Part shown: positions 62,101 through 64,000 of the stretch, one piece after another
How positions within the stretch are numbered: the first letter of the stretch is position 1
Layout of the letters: the number at the start of each line of letters is the position of its first letter
Origin: Takakia lepidozioides
Lineage: Eukaryota; Plantae; Bryophyta
Direction of reading: 5' to 3'
Length of the DNA stretch: 64,000 nt
Assembly: GCA_030704615.1 (NCBI GenBank)
Contig: CM060732.1
Coordinates: 82,336,001-82,400,000, forward strand
Position numbers and translations under genes: made by a program
The notes under the pieces: generated by a model
Database searches by the model: none
The model's input: the letters and a program-made list of their open reading frames with translations, nothing else
Told to the model about the DNA's origin: nothing

Positions 62101-62520
62101 TTATACCATCACTAAAAATAAAATTGATATGTATAGCATTGCATATTTGACAAAGGAGTGGCATGCAACTATGGCCATTGGGGATATTGTTACACCTTAT
62201 ATCCATATACAAGGAGCACATGCTGGACAGATTGCTGCTTTGTTGCATGTCGGTGTGACTATTGGCCGCATGAAGAACGAGGTGCTTGAGAGAAACACAG
62301 AGAGATGAAAAACTTGCGTACAGCACAAGGGACCGGTCGAGGTGGTCCGGATGCTCATGTCCGACAGGTACAAAATGCAAGTTTATTTTCAGGTTGCATC
62401 AGCTTTGTACTATACATATGATATAATGAATACGTAATTATAATTTTGTTGTGGTCATATATAAACTGCAGAGTGGGATCGTATGTGCTTTGACGCAAAG
62501 ATGAGAACGTTATACATCAA
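59117..62520 (+). mobile_element. Decayed intron-containing DDE transposase gene with a RAG1/Transib/Chapaev-type core
   Basis: GT-AG bounded exons 59117-60092, 60165-60402, 60479-60889, 61029-61160, 61321-61499, 61663-61797, 61906-62043, 62137-62367. Motifs VVVKLGIDSR, IAKWEGKD, FTLVECHDLH, TGTSFCPW, YCAKHAIIR, SDGVISDRIL, TPYIHIQGAH, IGRMKNEVLER. Several stops and indels. Confidence 0.7.
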
Positions 62521-62764
62521 GTTACACTTGATTCTGGATGATCTCATATCGGTGAGTACATATCATTTGCACCCGGTTATCAGCGTCACGTCCGTCAGTC
62601 AGCGTCAGATCACGTCAGACGCTGACGCTGACGGGACCTCCTTCACGTCAGGTTTCGGGAATATTCTAGTAAAAAAAGTATCAGGTAAAATATTGTCACT
62701 TAAGCAGCCACGTCGCCGACACGGTGGCGGTGGCAAATACATTTTGAAAAATAATAAAATGAAA

Positions 62765-63935
62765 GCGACCGCCAATTATGGCGGTCGCTTTATATTTCAA
62801 AAATTTAGAAATAAGAGCAACTGCCAATTCTGGCGGTCGCTTTATATTTCAGAATTTTAGAAATAAGAGCGACCGCCAACAAGGCGTTCGCTTAAAAAAT
62901 ATTTATAAAAAAACAAAATTGGCGGTCGCCTAATTCTTAAAAAAGAAATAGCAACCTCCGTACTGGCGGTCGCATAATTTTAAGAATATATAAAAAACAA
63001 GCGACCGCCAGAATTGGCAATCGCTTGTTTTCAATAATATATAAAAAACAAGCAACCGCCATAATATGGCGGTCCCTTTATCTTACAAATATATTAAAAA
63101 AACTAGCAACCACCTTACTATGGCGGTAGCTTTATTTTAAAAATGTATTAAAAAAAACCAGCGACTGCCATAATATGGCGGTCGCTATATTTTAAATATA
63201 TTAAAAAAACCAGGCGGTCACTTTAATTTAAAAAAAAAACAAAACAAAACAAAACAGCGACTGCCATAATATGGTGGTCGCTTTTTTTTTTAAAAAATTA
63301 GAATATTTTAAAAATAACTATTTTAAACTTTTTTAAACTTTTTAAACAACTAAAAAATAATATTAATTTCAGAAAATGCAGCGGCCGCCAGTAATATCGG
63401 TCGCTGCATTTTATTCATTTATTCACTTCATTTATTCATTTTGTTTTTCTTTTTTTTTCTTCTTTTTTCTTCTTTTTATAAGGGATAAGGGGCCCTGAAA
63501 ATTTAAAATAGAGCGACCGCCAGTAATGACGATCGCTTTTATTTTTTATTTATTTAAATAGAGTGACCGCCATTATTGGTGGTCATTTTTTTAAAAACAA
63601 AATAAACCGGCCGCCATTATTGGCGGTCGCTTCTATATTTTTAATTTCTGAAAATACAGCGACCGCCAGTAATGGCGGTCGCATTTTTTTTTAAAACAAT
63701 AATAGAGCGACCACCATTATTGGCGGGCGCTTTTGTTTTTTATTTATTTTTAAATAGAGCGACGACCATTACTGGCGGTCGCTTGTATATTTTTAATTTC
63801 TGAAAATGTTGCGACCGCCTGTTTCGGTGATCACTTTTATTTTTCTTTTTTTAAAATAAAACGACCGTCAATACTAGTGGTCGCTTGTATATTTTTAATT
63901 TCTGAAAACATTGCGACGGCCAGTAATTGCGTTCG
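62765..63935. repeat. Array of mini-palindromes GCGACCGCCA-N(3-6)-TGGCGGTCGC in AT-rich spacers (transposon subterminal-type repeats)
   Basis: More than 20 gcgaccgcc/ggcggtcgc motifs, mostly in inverted pairs; the array probably continues past the window end. Confidence 0.85.
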
Positions 63936-64000
63936 CTTTTATTTTTTTTGTTTTTTTAATTGAGTCATTACTGGCTTTTTTGTTGTTTTTTTAAAATGTA

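Noticed and set aside
62765-63935. CRISPR-like look of palindromic repeats with spacers
   Set aside because: Eukaryotic context, degenerate repeats, low-complexity related spacers, no cas genes

Overview
Eukaryotic nuclear DNA from a land plant; the PPR and NB-ARC styles suggest a non-seed lineage (bryophyte, lycophyte or fern), which is inference. Four host genes are supported. (1) A 25-exon CLU/REDUCED CHLOROPLAST COVERAGE (REC/TSS)-type gene on the minus strand (18792-37569), with a near-complete LINE in intron 10. (2) A 2-exon cytosolic fructose-bisphosphate aldolase whose intron holds a ~500-bp foldback. (3) A 2-exon SUVH H3K9 methyltransferase. (4) A head-to-head PLS-class PPR gene whose E domain has decayed. 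The rest is transposon-rich: an NB-ARC relic, an inverted satellite, nested LINE/hAT-MITE insertions, and two SINE types sharing a 3' cUUCGg stem-loop. The most notable signal is an intron-containing, decayed DDE transposase at about 59.1-62.5 kb. Its motifs (VVVKLGID, DLH, FCPW[C], CAKH, SDG..RIL, HxxxxH, IG..NEVLE) follow the order of the RAG1/Transib/Chapaev catalytic core rather than plant CACTA or hAT. All calls were made by eye, with no database searches.
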